From assembly GCA_051294375.1 (NCBI GenBank), contig CM119268.1, positions 5,569,221-5,633,220 on the forward strand: 64,000 bases of DNA. The letters run 5' to 3'. The notes beneath the pieces were generated by a model. It was not told where the DNA came from. It ran no database searches and saw only the letters and a program-made list of their open reading frames with translations. This document shows positions 33,401-45,808 of this stretch, one piece after another. Numbering within the stretch: position 1 is the first letter of the stretch; the number at the start of each line of letters is the position of its first letter. The stretch comes from Paraspadella gotoi. Taxonomy: Eukaryota > Animalia > Chaetognatha. The position numbers were made by a program, and so were the translations under genes.

Positions 33401-35432
33401 TAACTGGTAAAAACAATTGATTAAATAAAAATTAAATAAACATCTTAATTAATATTTGATTATCATAGTCATGATATTGGAACTAACAAGATAAAAATTA
33501 TACATTAAGCCTATAAGCTATCTTGCGTCCTTACTTTGGACAGGGTTATGATGCTTAAGGCCTCTCATCACTTTTACAAGTTTAATGACATAACAGGTCC
33601 CTGCAAGCCTTTCAATCTAAACTATTCTCAACAGGTTCTCGTTATTCGCCTCCAAGAATTCTTGACTTTCCCTAACCAAGAATGTGGTATAATATTTCAA
33701 ATTTTCATCATAATATAATAATAATTTTTACTTACAAACTTTAAAAGTCGTAGTCGGTATTCGAACTTTCGATTAAACGATTGATGTCGTTTCAATAAGT
33801 CCCTTCACGATCTTCAACCCATTGGATTTCTTCCTTTTATTTTTCATTCTTCTTTCTCTTTCTCATCCGCGCCGCCGTGCAGCCCGTCCCAGCCGCTGGC
33901 AGCTGTCCGCTTAAAACGCTTCTGCTTGCAGCTCTTTTCGTTCTCAACGAAATTTTTATGCGGCCGCCAGTCGTCGTTCGTTCTCGTTCTTGTTGTTGTC
34001 GTCGTTGTCTTTCATTCCTCGTTCCACTTCACGATTCGAGACCCCAAACTTCGGTGTAGTCCGGATTCAAACGTGGGTTCCGTGTTTGTCTCTTGAACTC
34101 TGACGAACGGAATTGCAGACCGAAATGCGAAGTTCTTTTTCTTCGTCTTTGAAGTCAAAGTAGAATCCTTCCGCGCAGGCTTTCTGGGTTCTGACACGAC
34201 ACTTTCCAATTTTACCTGTTCCTAACAAAAAAAATTTGGTGGGGGATTTTCGAATCGGTTTTATTTTCTTAAAGAGCCCGATTTTCGCTATAATTTCCGG
34301 TATTAATTAATAAATTGGGATAAAGATTAATTGCTAGGGATTACTGTTTAGGGACTAGGGGTTTTAAAGAATCGTGCTTAGGATTAATGATTAGGTAAGA
34401 TGTCAGGTTCGGAATTATGGTTTGGTTTTGTTAACATTGTTTGAATTAAATAATTAAATTAAAGTTTGGGATTTTGAAGAACAGAAAATTGACACTTCTG
34501 GAAAAAAGTGACCATATACTATTAGGTTGTTTGCAAGAACTTATCTTAAAATATTTCACAAATTAAAAAAGAAAAAATTTGAAGTAAAAGTAACTGGAAA
34601 AAGGATATTCGTTTTTAATTTAAACCACTTGGGAAACTTATAAGCCCGCTCTTACAAACGACCGTCTTGTGACTGAGCAAGGCTGCTCAAGGACTGTTGG
34701 TTTTGAAGATGGCCACGTGTGGTTACTCTCCAAGACATTACGGAGATGATACAGAAGAGCAGTTAACCAGCAAGTTACAAAACAAAATAATTTTAATTTC
34801 ATTACATTTTTTTTCAATTTTCTTTTCTTTTTACCGTTTTGTATTTGAAATATTCGCTATCCTGATGAATGTACACTGTGTGATCCCGGTCAAACTTTTC
34901 CCGTCAATAATATTTCCTGTGAAGATGTCGTCCTCTTTAAGCAAGCGCTGCATCATTCATTTTATTCCTGGGAGTCGTTTTGTGTTGGATTTTGTTGGTT
35001 TGCTGCCTTTTGGGATTGATTTAGATGGCGTGGGGGAGGATTGCTGACATCCGCAGTCAGATCATCTTGCCGGCATCGGGGAATCTGGATTGCGGCAGCT
35101 CTTTTCTGCAGCAAGGAAAGAATCTTTTTGAATGTCGAAAAGGGACTCTTTCCGTAAATGACGCGTTGGATTCATTGTTCGGAGACAAATTAGGATCAGA
35201 AGGGGAAGATTCTTCAACAGAGGCTTCGGACGCTCAGTCGGGGGTATTTTGCTTGCAATTGTTTGCATCCTGCTGCTCTTGATTCCTGATGAGTCTATCG
35301 TAAGACGAGTTTTGTTTTTTGTGGATATTTTTCGATCTTGGGGCGAGAGGGAGACAGTTCAATGCCTTTTGGTCGACCGAGGGCGGACGTTAGAGGATAA
35401 GAAAAATTTCTTCTTGCTTCATTTGGCGGCAT
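30435..35432 (-). pseudogene. Heavily frameshifted inverted copy of gene C (most likely unpolished long-read sequence, not a true pseudogene)
   Basis: Same exons and introns as 7750-12590, with dense 1-bp insertions mostly in homopolymers and few substitutions. ORF fragments such as MFRDKTTCPFCA and KVAPGRGPSPSQCHI survive. Confidence 0.8.
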
Positions 35433-36568
35433 CGAGGGAAAAGGTTGCTGCAAAGGTCGTGGGAGTTACTCTTTAGTGCAGGAAAGGAAATAAGTAGAAT
35501 GAACTGCCGAAGAACAAGGGTTGCTGTATCTGTAAATAGAGACAGAACAGTAATTAATAATGAAAAGGCTTTCAAATCAAGAAAGAATTAAAATACGCAT
35601 TGCGTCAATAGAGTTTTCTTTTCTTTTTTTTTTAAAATATTAAACTTTTCGCAATCCTGAGCCAAGTTTATATTTAAAGATTTCCCAAAGAAGATTTTTA
35701 ATAAAGTTTAATTAAAGTTGTTTCGGAATGTGGCGAGACGCCGGATTCATTATGATTGTCGGCGTTGCCACGAAACTTGAAGGACGCCGGGGATCGATCC
35801 ACAGGAACAACATTTTTTTTTTTTTTTTTTTTGATCGTTCGGTTTTTTCAAAAACTTTATTTCCTTGGAAAATTAAAACAAACGATTCAAATTATCGTTT
35901 GGAATATATTTTCGTTATTTTTAGTTTTAGGTTATAGTTTAGGAAAAATTTTTATCAGAAGAAACATTATTTTTTTCTTTTTTCTTTTTTTTTTTTTTTG
36001 ATAAAAACTAAAATCATTTTTTGCGTTTTTTTCGCCGCGAATTTTCAGTTGAGCTTCGACTGGTGAGATTCACCGAGACGAATTGACTCGTTCACATTCA
36101 CCGGATTTTTGCCATTCGGCGAAACTGTGAAAGGAAGATGGCCCAATTTAGAAACATTGCATAATTCTCGTCAATTACTAATTATTTTTTTAAATCTCTT
36201 TCGAATAATTTTTATTTTGGAATCTTTTAGATCTCTTCTCTTTTNNNNNNNNNNNNNNNNNNNNNNNNNGAGACAGAGACAGAGACAAAGGAAACTTTTT
36301 CTTTATCCTGCGTGACTTGAAGACGGACGTTATATCACGTGTCGCGTCCCGGGTTCGAATCCAAGATTTTAAATAGATTTTTATAAAATTAAAGAAGGTT
36401 TTATATTAATTAATCACTAGTATTAAACTTTGTCGATTCAACGTTAAAAGTTGTCTCGATTGAAAGCTTGCAGGGTCCTGCTGTTATATTTATAGTCTTG
36501 TAAGTAACCCGCCATAGTCTGTCCAAAGTGAGGAGACAAGATATCATATTTATGATATTTATGATATC

Positions 36569-36869
36569 TGATAAAGAAAAACATCGATTTGGGAAACAGT
36601 GCTAATTTTATTTAGACCATGCATTCAAACCATTTAGCTGGTTCATTATTCAAGACGATTAATCCCTTTTTGGTTGAAAGTTTCTCTCTCTCTCTCTCTT
36701 TCTCTCTCTCTGAGTCTCCTCCTCTTCCTCTCACCTTCTCTTATTTGTAAATAATTTTTTTACCTCACCACAATTTCTCTGGCCTTGAATAATGAACCAG
36801 CTAAATGGTTTGAATGCATGGTCTAAATAAAATTAGCACTGTTTCCCAAATCGATGTTTTTCTTTATCA
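36569..36869. repeat. Hairpin/MITE-like element: 86-bp inverted arms around a 129-bp spacer containing CT repeats
   Basis: 36569-36654 (tgataaagaaaaacatcg...attcaag) is the reverse complement of 36784-36869. A noisier copy lies at about 19064-19376. Confidence 0.85.
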
Positions 36870-37552
36870 AACTACTCAGTGCATGAGATGACACTTAACA
36901 ATCCATTTATGATATCTATTGATGATTTTTATAATTGTTGTACCAATTTCATAGTAAGAAATTTTTTTCTTTTTTATATACTTCGTTTTTGATCTTTAAC
37001 CTTGCTTCTTTTAATCATTTTTTCTTTCGTCAAACTAGAGTTTTAACAAATAAAAGCAAGAAAAAAAAAAAATAAAAAAACTTATTATATTGTTATCTCG
37101 GGAAACAGTCAACCCACGCGGTTTTTGAGTATCATTCTGGTCTCCTGATGGTCCTTTTTTTTTTTTTTTTTTTTCTTTGCAGCCCTGCGCCCCTCCTCCT
37201 CTCTTTCCCCGCTAGTCGCGTTCCACGACTATCATTACCCTTAATTCCATTTTTCATCTTCTTGACTTTCATGTCGTCTCATCTCGGTGAGCCTTGCATC
37301 CGTCTCGTCCTGTCTCTCTCTCTTCTCGCATGCTCCTCTTTCCTAAGAACTATCGCACTGCTGCCTCCTACCGCTTTCCTTCTTCTCTCGCTCCTGCTCA
37401 CATCGTCTCTTCCTCTGATCTCCAGCCAGAAGGGCTAGTGCTCAAAGATAGCTAAGACAAGTTCCTGAACAAGGAAGTGTTAGATGGTGGGATTTTTATC
37501 GGCAAAAAACGTTACTCTCCTCTTTTTNNNNNNNNNNNNNNNNNNNNNNNNN

Positions 37553-40175
37553 ACCCATCCCGAAGAGTAAAGGACACCTAACGAATGAGCGCAACACACG
37601 ACATAGACACAATAAAAAAAAAAAAACAAGGCGAAACACAATCATCGATCAACGACTAAAATAAAGAACATCCACCATAAGAATAATAAATAATCCCCCC
37701 ACCACTCTCTCTCTCCCCAAATCTCAACAATTATTATTCCAACGATAATCCCCCCCGCCCCTAAATGACAGTGACTTACTCACTGAAACAACAGAGAAAC
37801 GAAAAAACGAAGAACTGCACATCAAAATAAAAAACGAACCATAACCCTCAAAAATACATCACAACCACCAAACCACAATCCTAAACCACCCTAAAACCGC
37901 AAGAAATCCCCCCCAAACAAACGTGCAATAAAATAAATAAACAACAAACGACCTACCAAACGCAATAACAATGACTTTCGGTCTGTTCCCCAGAAAGAAA
38001 AAACCGAAACTACATGCTCCTCGAAATTCCACAAATAGCAAGACTATTATTACAAATAGAAAATGAATAATCTTCATAATAAACATTAACATATATCGTC
38101 CAAGCAAAAATACACAGCACTCCAAACGTCAAAAAGAACAAAACAAACCCAACAAACAAAATACGCGCTCCATATTTCACACTATAGCATAAAACAATCT
38201 CATTCAAGAATCACCCGCCCCCCCCTAACCCAAATCACCCAACCGCCAAAACGTATCCAGATGAAATTAATATATACATCATCCGAATAAAAAAATGACT
38301 ACATCACAAAAAATTAATTACAATAAATTAACCTCAAAAACTAAATCCACAGTATCTAAAGACAACTGCCTTGTCGAAATACAAACAATTCAATACCCAG
38401 ACTCTTAAAAAGTCCTCAGAAATCTCATGATATGAGAAAGCTCCCATATAGCAGGGTCTTCACTAACCTACTGCTGTAACTTAATAATAAAAAAAAATTC
38501 ACCAAACACTATAAATTAAAAATAAAAATTAAACTATCAACAAAATATTAGATCACTAACTAATGTAACGTATAAACAGTTTAAACTCAAACCAAAAAAC
38601 AAGCTCGAACGCCAAAAACAACTGGATAAAATCCACAAGCCAAACAACTAACCGATCTTCGCCTCCCAAATTGTACTGATAGCCTCCTGGGACAAACCAA
38701 AAAAAAGATATCACCCCCTATTTCGTAAATATGTAAACTCGAATCCAAATATAAATTACTACCCAATTGATATATCCCGTTTCATCAAAGAAATAGCAAC
38801 CCAAAACTAACCATACCAAATACGATTTTGGAAAGCGAACAATAAAACGCAGATAGTGAAAGCTAATCGCATTATAAATTTAGACCACCCAGACATATTA
38901 CAAAAACACAAATCTTGCTGTTCATTATTTCAAGACGATTAATCCAACATATTTTAAACGGGAACATTGCATCGCCATAATGACCCACCACAAAAAATTA
39001 GCTTATCTCCATTCTCTCTCCCCTCATATAAACATATTCTTCATCTCATCTCTCTTGTAAGTTTCTGCATCACAATCACTCCTTACACTCCTCATCACCT
39101 ATAAATCTCACTAACTAATTACCGATAAAATAATAATATATATTTCTGAAAAAATAATAATAACACTACAAACCACAAATCTCACCTGCGTCTATAGCAC
39201 AACATTTGAATAAACAACTAAGAAACCCAGCTCTTTTAATAAAATGAGTAACCTTAGAATACCAACAACACAAAAAAACTAAATCGGAAAATCTAAATGA
39301 AAATTAGGCACTAAACTCAATTATTCCACAAATACATTGCGCGATTCATGTTCACAATTTTCAATATCTTAATATTTAATATACATTATAAAAATATACC
39401 CACTTAAACATACATGCTAGTGTACAATGAATGAACGATATTTGAACAAAACATTCCCAAACAAAAAAAAAGAATCCAAAATACTCAACCTCAATAAAAC
39501 GCCCATACACTCCTCCACCATTATGAAGAATCCCCCCAAGTATAAATTCACTTATAAACCTCCCATAAATTGTTAAAAATACCAACCAAAATAATCACCA
39601 AATGTCACCAAATTATCAATAAAGATAACGCATATTTATAATTCAATAATCTACCAAAAAATATAAAAAAATATTCTTTGATAACTTTACCTTTTCCTCT
39701 TTTAACATCTCTTCCTCTCTCCTGTCAAGTAACAAAAAAAAAAAAACTTACACTCATGCATTCCCAGGAAAAAAAAAAAAGTCGTTATGAGTCTTCAGGT
39801 ACCTATTCCTTATGTTTTTCTTTTCTCTCTTTCCTAATCTGCACCCTCCCCTCGCTCCCTCTCTATCCGCATAGATCACACCAGAAAACTCATGTACCCT
39901 TAACATCCAATCTTAATTCAAATCCAAATTGACTGTATCAAATAACCTCTCTACCAAACTCTCTAAACAATCAATCAAAATCCTTCTCCCGCCCTCACCT
40001 CCTCCTCAATCTCAACTCTCCTCTCAAATCTCAATCCTCTAACTCTAACTCCTCTAACAATCTCTACATCAATCTCTCTCTCTCTCTCACGAGGCTAGCT
40101 CAAAATAGCTAAGAAAGTTCCTGAACAAGGAAGGTTAATGGTGGATTTTTATCGGCAAAAAACGTTTTCCTGGTC
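37553..40175 (+). other. Very low-quality, insertion-inflated copy of about 36270-37515 (raw-read-like)
   Basis: A/C-skewed sequence with collinear islands: gcagggtc (about 38450), gttcattatttcaagacgattaatcc (about 38920) and gctaagaaagttcctgaacaagg...ggcaaaaaacgtt (about 40105-40165, matching 37450-37514). It follows a 25-N gap. Confidence 0.75.
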
Positions 40176-41394
40176 ACAAAAAGAAAGAGGGAAACTAAAG
40201 AAGCTAAAGATTTACAGAAAAGTTTCAGTTTTAACCAGTGAAGGTTAAATAAAACAAATAAAGAAAGAATCTTTAATTCGTACTTACGAATCTGTGATCG
40301 TAATCCAAAATCCATGCGTTCGTAACGGAGACCAAAACGCTGTATAAAATGAAAAAAAAAAATTAAATTAAACCTACAAAAGGTTTTGTATCTTTCTTTA
40401 TTTTCATTATGATGAGACTGTGGGTTTCCAAATAACAGTACGTTTTTTTTCCCAATACTTATATGTACATATAGAATAGTTAAAAATTTTTCTTGAACTT
40501 TCTTTTGTCATTTTTGAAAAAAAAACTATTCGATCATATTTACGGTTATTTTAGACCCAAAGAAGTAAAAAAAATAGATAAAGCAAAAAGAAAAACATCT
40601 GTGAAAGATGAAGAAATAATGAAGAAAAGTGAAACTTTAAAAGGAGAAAACAAAAAAACTTCAACCATTAGAGAAAAAAGATAGAAATGAAAAGAAGCCA
40701 TTAAAATAAAGGGGATTAAAAAAAGGCAGAAAAAGGTCGAGTTAGAACAAAGAAAAAGAGAGAAAATTGAGTTAGAACAAAGAAAAACCGGAAGTTAAGA
40801 ACAAAGAAAAATATAAAGTTAAGTTAGAACAAAGATAAAAAAAAAAATAAATTAAAATGAAGAGGATAATGTAGAGAAAGAATAAAGGGGAAAGGCTATT
40901 GCGTTCAACTGGTTTCAGAAAAAAATTTGATGCGTCAATCATTTCAAAAATGTTTACATCGATTTTAATTATTATTAAATTAAAAGAATTTTATATTTTA
41001 TATCCACACGAATACAACTCGTAATACTTATCTTATTAAGAAGCAATGTCATAGTTTGAAATGTATAATTTTTTTTAGAAAAGCCTAAATAAAATGATGA
41101 GTTCACGCTTATAGAGACAATTTTCTTTTTATTCCCCTTCTTTTTCTTTTTCCTGATTAACCCAATTTCAAATTTGTTCCTTCCACTTTGTCTCTCCTCT
41201 NNNNNNNNNNNNNNNNNNNNNNNNNNNNNNNNNNNNNNNNNNNNNNNNNNNNNNNNNNNNNNNNNNNNNNNNNNNNNNNNNNNNNNNNNNNNNNNNNNNN
41301 NNNNNNNNNNNNNNNNNNNNNNNNNNNNNNNGAGAGAGAGAGAGAGAGAGAAACTTTATGATATTGACAAATCAAACATTTTATCAAGTTCTTC

Positions 41395-41502
41395 TTTTCT
41401 TTTCTTTTTTTTTCTTTTCTTTTCTTTTCTTTTCTTTTCTTTTCTTTTCTTTTCTTTTCTTTTCTTTTCTTTTCTTTTCTTTTCTTTTCTTTTCTTTTCT
41501 TT
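41395..41502. repeat. (TTTTC)n microsatellite
   Basis: Pentanucleotide run. Confidence 0.95.
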
Positions 41503-41599
41503 TCTCTTGAATCAATAATCGTCTTCATTTTTTCCATCATATTCATTTGTCAACGTCGGACAAGTGACCATCGTCCTCTTCAGCGTCGTCGTCATCATC

Positions 41600-41805
41600 A
41601 TTATCTTCCTTTTCACTATCGTCTTCATCATCATCGTTGTCATCATCGTCGTCGTCATCGTCATCATCTTCCTTTTCACTATCGTCTTCATCATCATCGT
41701 TGTCATCATCGTCGTCGTTGTCATCATCATCTTCCTTTTTACAATCGTCTTCATCATCATCGTTGTCGTCATCGTCGTCGTCGTTATTATCGTCGTCTTC
41801 GTCAT
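41600..41805 (-). repeat. 63-bp tandem repeat (about 3 units) that encodes poly-Asp on the minus strand
   Basis: cttcctttt recurs at about 41605, 41668 and 41731. The minus frame reads DDDNDDDEDDSEKEDD repeated. Confidence 0.8.
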
Positions 41806-42769
41806 CCAGTGACCCAAACGAGTCACAATAGACTCACCAAAAATCTCCGTCCATTTTTTTTCTCTCTTCACCCATCATCATTTTCCCCCTCACACTCCAG
41901 TCTTCACACCATGACATACTTTCACCAATATTTGTTCACACACTGTTAAAGATATCTTGCCTCGCTTAGGCCCATTCATTTTATGATCTTATTTTCGCTG
42001 GCAGTCGTCTCCCGCCTCAATTTACAGAGAGATTTTTCGATCGTAGTTAGTTTCGCTTGAAAAAAACAAAAACAAAAACTGTTTCGCTCGGAAGAAACTC
42101 CGTATTTACGAGTTTCTCAAGGAATAATTTCGTGTTCAATAAAGACTCTTTATTTTATTGGCGACTTTTCTCTTGGAAACTTACGTTGATTAGTTCGTCC
42201 CGGTGAAATCACGAACGCTCGTCTCCGCGGGCGTGAAGACAAAGGAAAGATCTTCGCACACATATTCGTCCACACATACGCCCATATATTCGTTCACATA
42301 TTCACCCACATCCTAGTTNNNNNNNNNNNNNNNNNNNNNNNNNNNNNNNNNNNNNNNNNNNNNNNNNNNNNNNNNNNNNNNNNNNNNNNNNNNNNNNNNN
42401 NNNNNNNNNNNNNNNNNNNNNNNNNNNNNNNNNNNNNNNNNNNNNNNNNNNNNNNNNNNNNNNNNNNNNNNNNNNNNNNNNNNNNNNNNNNNNNNNNNNN
42501 NNNNNNNNNNNNNNNNNNNNNNNNNNNNNNNNNNNNNNNNNNNNNNNNNNNNNNNNNNNNNNNNNNNNNNNNNNNNNNNNNNNNNNNNNNNNNNNNNNNN
42601 NNNNNNNNNNNNNNNNNNNNNNNNNNNNNNNNNNNNNNNNNNNNNNNNNNNNNNNNNNNNNNNNNNNNNNNNNNNNNNNNNNNNNNNNCTGTTCCTTAAT
42701 CCCTGAATTTAATTTCAAGCCTATAATTCAAAATAACTTTATATTTTAATCTACTATGAAACCTATAAC

Positions 42770-43210
42770 CCTAACCTGATTTTTAAACCTTATTACTTAA
42801 TATATAATTCTAACCCTTAATGCTAAGCAATGGTGCCGAAACATAAGCTAATCCTAAACCCTAACCTTGATCATTAACCATGTCCTTAACCTTAAACCTT
42901 TACCTAATTCTTAACCTAAACAATTACCCTAATCTTTAACCTAATTTTTAACCTACTTTAAGCTAATCCTAAACCCTAACCTTGATCATTAACCTTGTCC
43001 CTAACCTTAAACCTTTACCTAATCCTTAACCTAAACAATTACCCTAATATTTAACCTAATTTTTAACCTAATTTAAGCTAATCCTAAACCCTAACCTTGA
43101 TCATTAACCTTGTCCTTAACCTTAAACCTTTACCTAATCCTTTACCTAATCCTTAACCTAATCTTTAACCTAATCTTTAACCCAATTTTTAAAATAAAAA
43201 ATTAACCTAA
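42770..43210 (+). repeat. 115-bp tandem repeat built from degenerate CCTAA/CCCTAA/TAACC motifs
   Basis: aagctaatcctaaaccctaaccttgatc at 42845, 42960 and 43075. A further copy lies at 43564, after the 10-N gap. Confidence 0.85.
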
Positions 43211-43515
43211 TTCCGAATTTAGGATGAAATAGGACGCGATGGGAAAATAAGGACGATTGATTGAGATCAATTCGCGAAGATGCGCTCGCTGCTCGAGCTA
43301 AGTTCTTTTTCACCTTGCATATGTACAATAAATTCTAAATCTATTAAATATATTAGTAATCTATTCTTTCTAGCCCAACAAGTTTTTTTTTCTTCTGAAG
43401 TTACGTTCAACTCTTTTTTTTCAATTTTGTTGAAAGACCATAACATCCCTCTGGATTCCCGCCTTCTCTATTCAAGTCCCCCCCGGGTCGCTTCCCATTC
43501 CTTANNNNNNNNNNT

Positions 43516-43930
43516 TAATATTTAATTCTAACCCTTAATGCTAAGCAATAGTGCCTAAACATAAGCTAATCCTAAACCCTAACCTTGATCATTAACCTTG
43601 TCCCTAACCTTAAACCTTTACCTAATCCTTAACCTAAACAATTATCCCGATCTTTAACCTAATTTTTAAAATTAAAAATTAACCTAATTTCGAATTTAGG
43701 ATGAAATAGGGCGCGATGGGAAAATAAGGGCGATTGATTTAGATCAATTCGCTTTTTCACCCTGCATATGTACAATAAATTCTAAATCTATTAAATATAA
43801 TAGGAATCTGTTCTTTCTAGCCTAACAAGTTTTTTTTTCTTCTGAAGTTACGTTCAACTCTTTTTTTTCAATTTTGTTGAAAGACCATAACATCCCTCTG
43901 GATTCCCGCCTTCTCTATTCAAGTCCCCCT
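43516..43930 (+). repeat. Near-identical shorter duplicate of about 42795-43490 across a 10-N gap
   Basis: Same repeat unit and same unique tail (gaatttaggatgaaatagg...ctattcaagtccccc), with a few substitutions and indels. Probably the other haplotype or a tandem copy. Confidence 0.75.
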
Positions 43931-45777
43931 GCGCTGTCCCGCCTTCGATCGGGTTGCTTACCATTCCTTACCTTACCTTCCATTCCCTTACATTCTCCAC
44001 CCGCCCCTTACCTCTCTTTTACTTTCCTTTTCTCTTCCTTTCCTTTCCTTTTCTTTTCTTTTCTTTCCTTTCATTTACTTTCTTTTCCTTTCCTTTCCTT
44101 TCAATCCCTTTCCTTTTCTTTCCATTCCATTTCCATTTCTTTTCCTCTTCCTTCACTCTCCTTTCCTTTCCTTTCCTTTCAATTCCTTTCCTTTCCTTTC
44201 CTTTCCTTTTCTTTCCTTTCCTTTCCATTCCATTTCCATTTATTTTCCTCTTCCTTCACTCTCCTTTCCTTTCCTTTCCCTTCTACTACCCACCCACACA
44301 TACCCTCACCCCTCCTACACCCCCATCACCCTCTGCCCCCATCCCCTCTCCCCCCCACCGGGTTTTCCGCGGTGGGCGAGAATCCGCGCAAAGTCTAATG
44401 GTAATGAAGAAAAAAGAAAGATTATGCGGGAGACAATGGAGACGAATGAGGGAGAAAGGGAGGGGAGAGGGAGAGGGGGGGAGAGGGGGAATGAGGGTAA
44501 AGGGGGAGAGAGTGGGAGTGAGGGTAGAGGGGGAGAGAGAGAGGGAAAGGGAAGAGGAGGATAAACAGGGGTTTTCAGGAAAGACGTGTCTTAGCGGGGG
44601 ATTGAATATTCTGAGAAAAAAAAAGGACAGAGGTAGAAATATATCATAGTACAGAGAGAGAGAGAGAGAGAGAGAAAGCTGAAAATAGGGACATGTTGGA
44701 ACGACCGGACAATAAACAGAAAACTTTTATAGACGCAGAGAACATCCAGCAACCTTGAAAAACTGTCAAACAGACCGACCGACCGACAGACAGACAGACA
44801 GACAGAAAGACAGACCGACCGACCCACCGACCGACCGACGAAAGAACAACGTTGAGCTTTCGAAAGATGAAGAATGAATGGGAGATAACACGAAATGTTG
44901 AGAGCAGCTGAGACCCTGAACGACATCGCGGGAACTAGGGTTATGGACCTACATACGGGGTGATTTCTGTAAGAAAATGATTTGTCATATACATACGGGG
45001 TAGAAATAAAGGGGTTCGGGTTCGTGAATTACACATACGGAATGGTAGTAATGAGGAAGATATAAAAACGAGAAACGGCAACTTCAAGGAGTTGCGCCTC
45101 ATTGACTGTTGGAAGGATCTTTTGTTTTCGACGAGTCTCACTTCAAATCTTATTTGCATGTTATTGATAATTTTCGAAATGGAGTCTAAAATATTGATTC
45201 ATTGTGTAAATTTCGAAGCGTTTCTCGTTACAACACGAGCTAACATATGCCTTCCAAATAGAAACTGAATTAAATGTTTATTTCTTGATTTTGATATATT
45301 TTAATAAAAAAAGAACTTACATACAGACACAGACATAGAGAGAAACCTACATTCAAACTCAAGAGTCAAGTTTTTGGTTGTACTAAAATACCGGAAAGGA
45401 AAATTATCTGTTAATTGATCATTGATATTTAAACTGAAATAATGAAATTATTTAACAACCCTTTTTAAGGGTTATTGATTAATTCCCAACGTCGTTTAGG
45501 GGTCAACTTTCTGTAACACCATTCATGATATTTGTTTTAGATAGAAATTGTACAAGTAAGTTAAATCAATGAGTTCAGTTTGAAAACTTTTCACGATTTT
45601 CCTTTTTCTATTTTTTTTCCTTCTTCTTTCTTTTTTTTCTATTTTCTCCAGATTATAAATGAAGATATCTGTCTCAAAACTGGCGATAATTTGTCAGAAG
45701 AGAAAAAGACTAATTCTTTTTTCCTTTTTTATTGTTTCTATTTTTTTTTCTCCCTCACTTTCAACGCTCTCTCTCTC

Positions 45778-45808
<31 letters not shown>

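Larger units (their letters stand above)
24331..36231 (-). repeat. About 11.9-kb inverted duplicate of 6981-18568, indel-rich (probable assembly artefact)
   Basis: Landmarks are collinear in reverse: 6981 tctaaaagattcc pairs with about 36231, the gene C stop with 30435, the SINE with 28332, the 31-bp repeat with 26155, and the 18485-18560 spacer with 24331-24410. It ends at a 25-N gap. Confidence 0.92.

Noticed and set aside
30435-35432. A genuine additional paralogue of gene C
   Set aside because: Differences are mostly 1-bp insertions spread equally over exons and introns, which fits read error better than evolutionary decay.
37553-40090. Mitochondrial insertion suggested by the strong A/C strand skew
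   Set aside because: No mitochondrial gene motifs; collinear islands show it is a degraded copy of the adjacent region.
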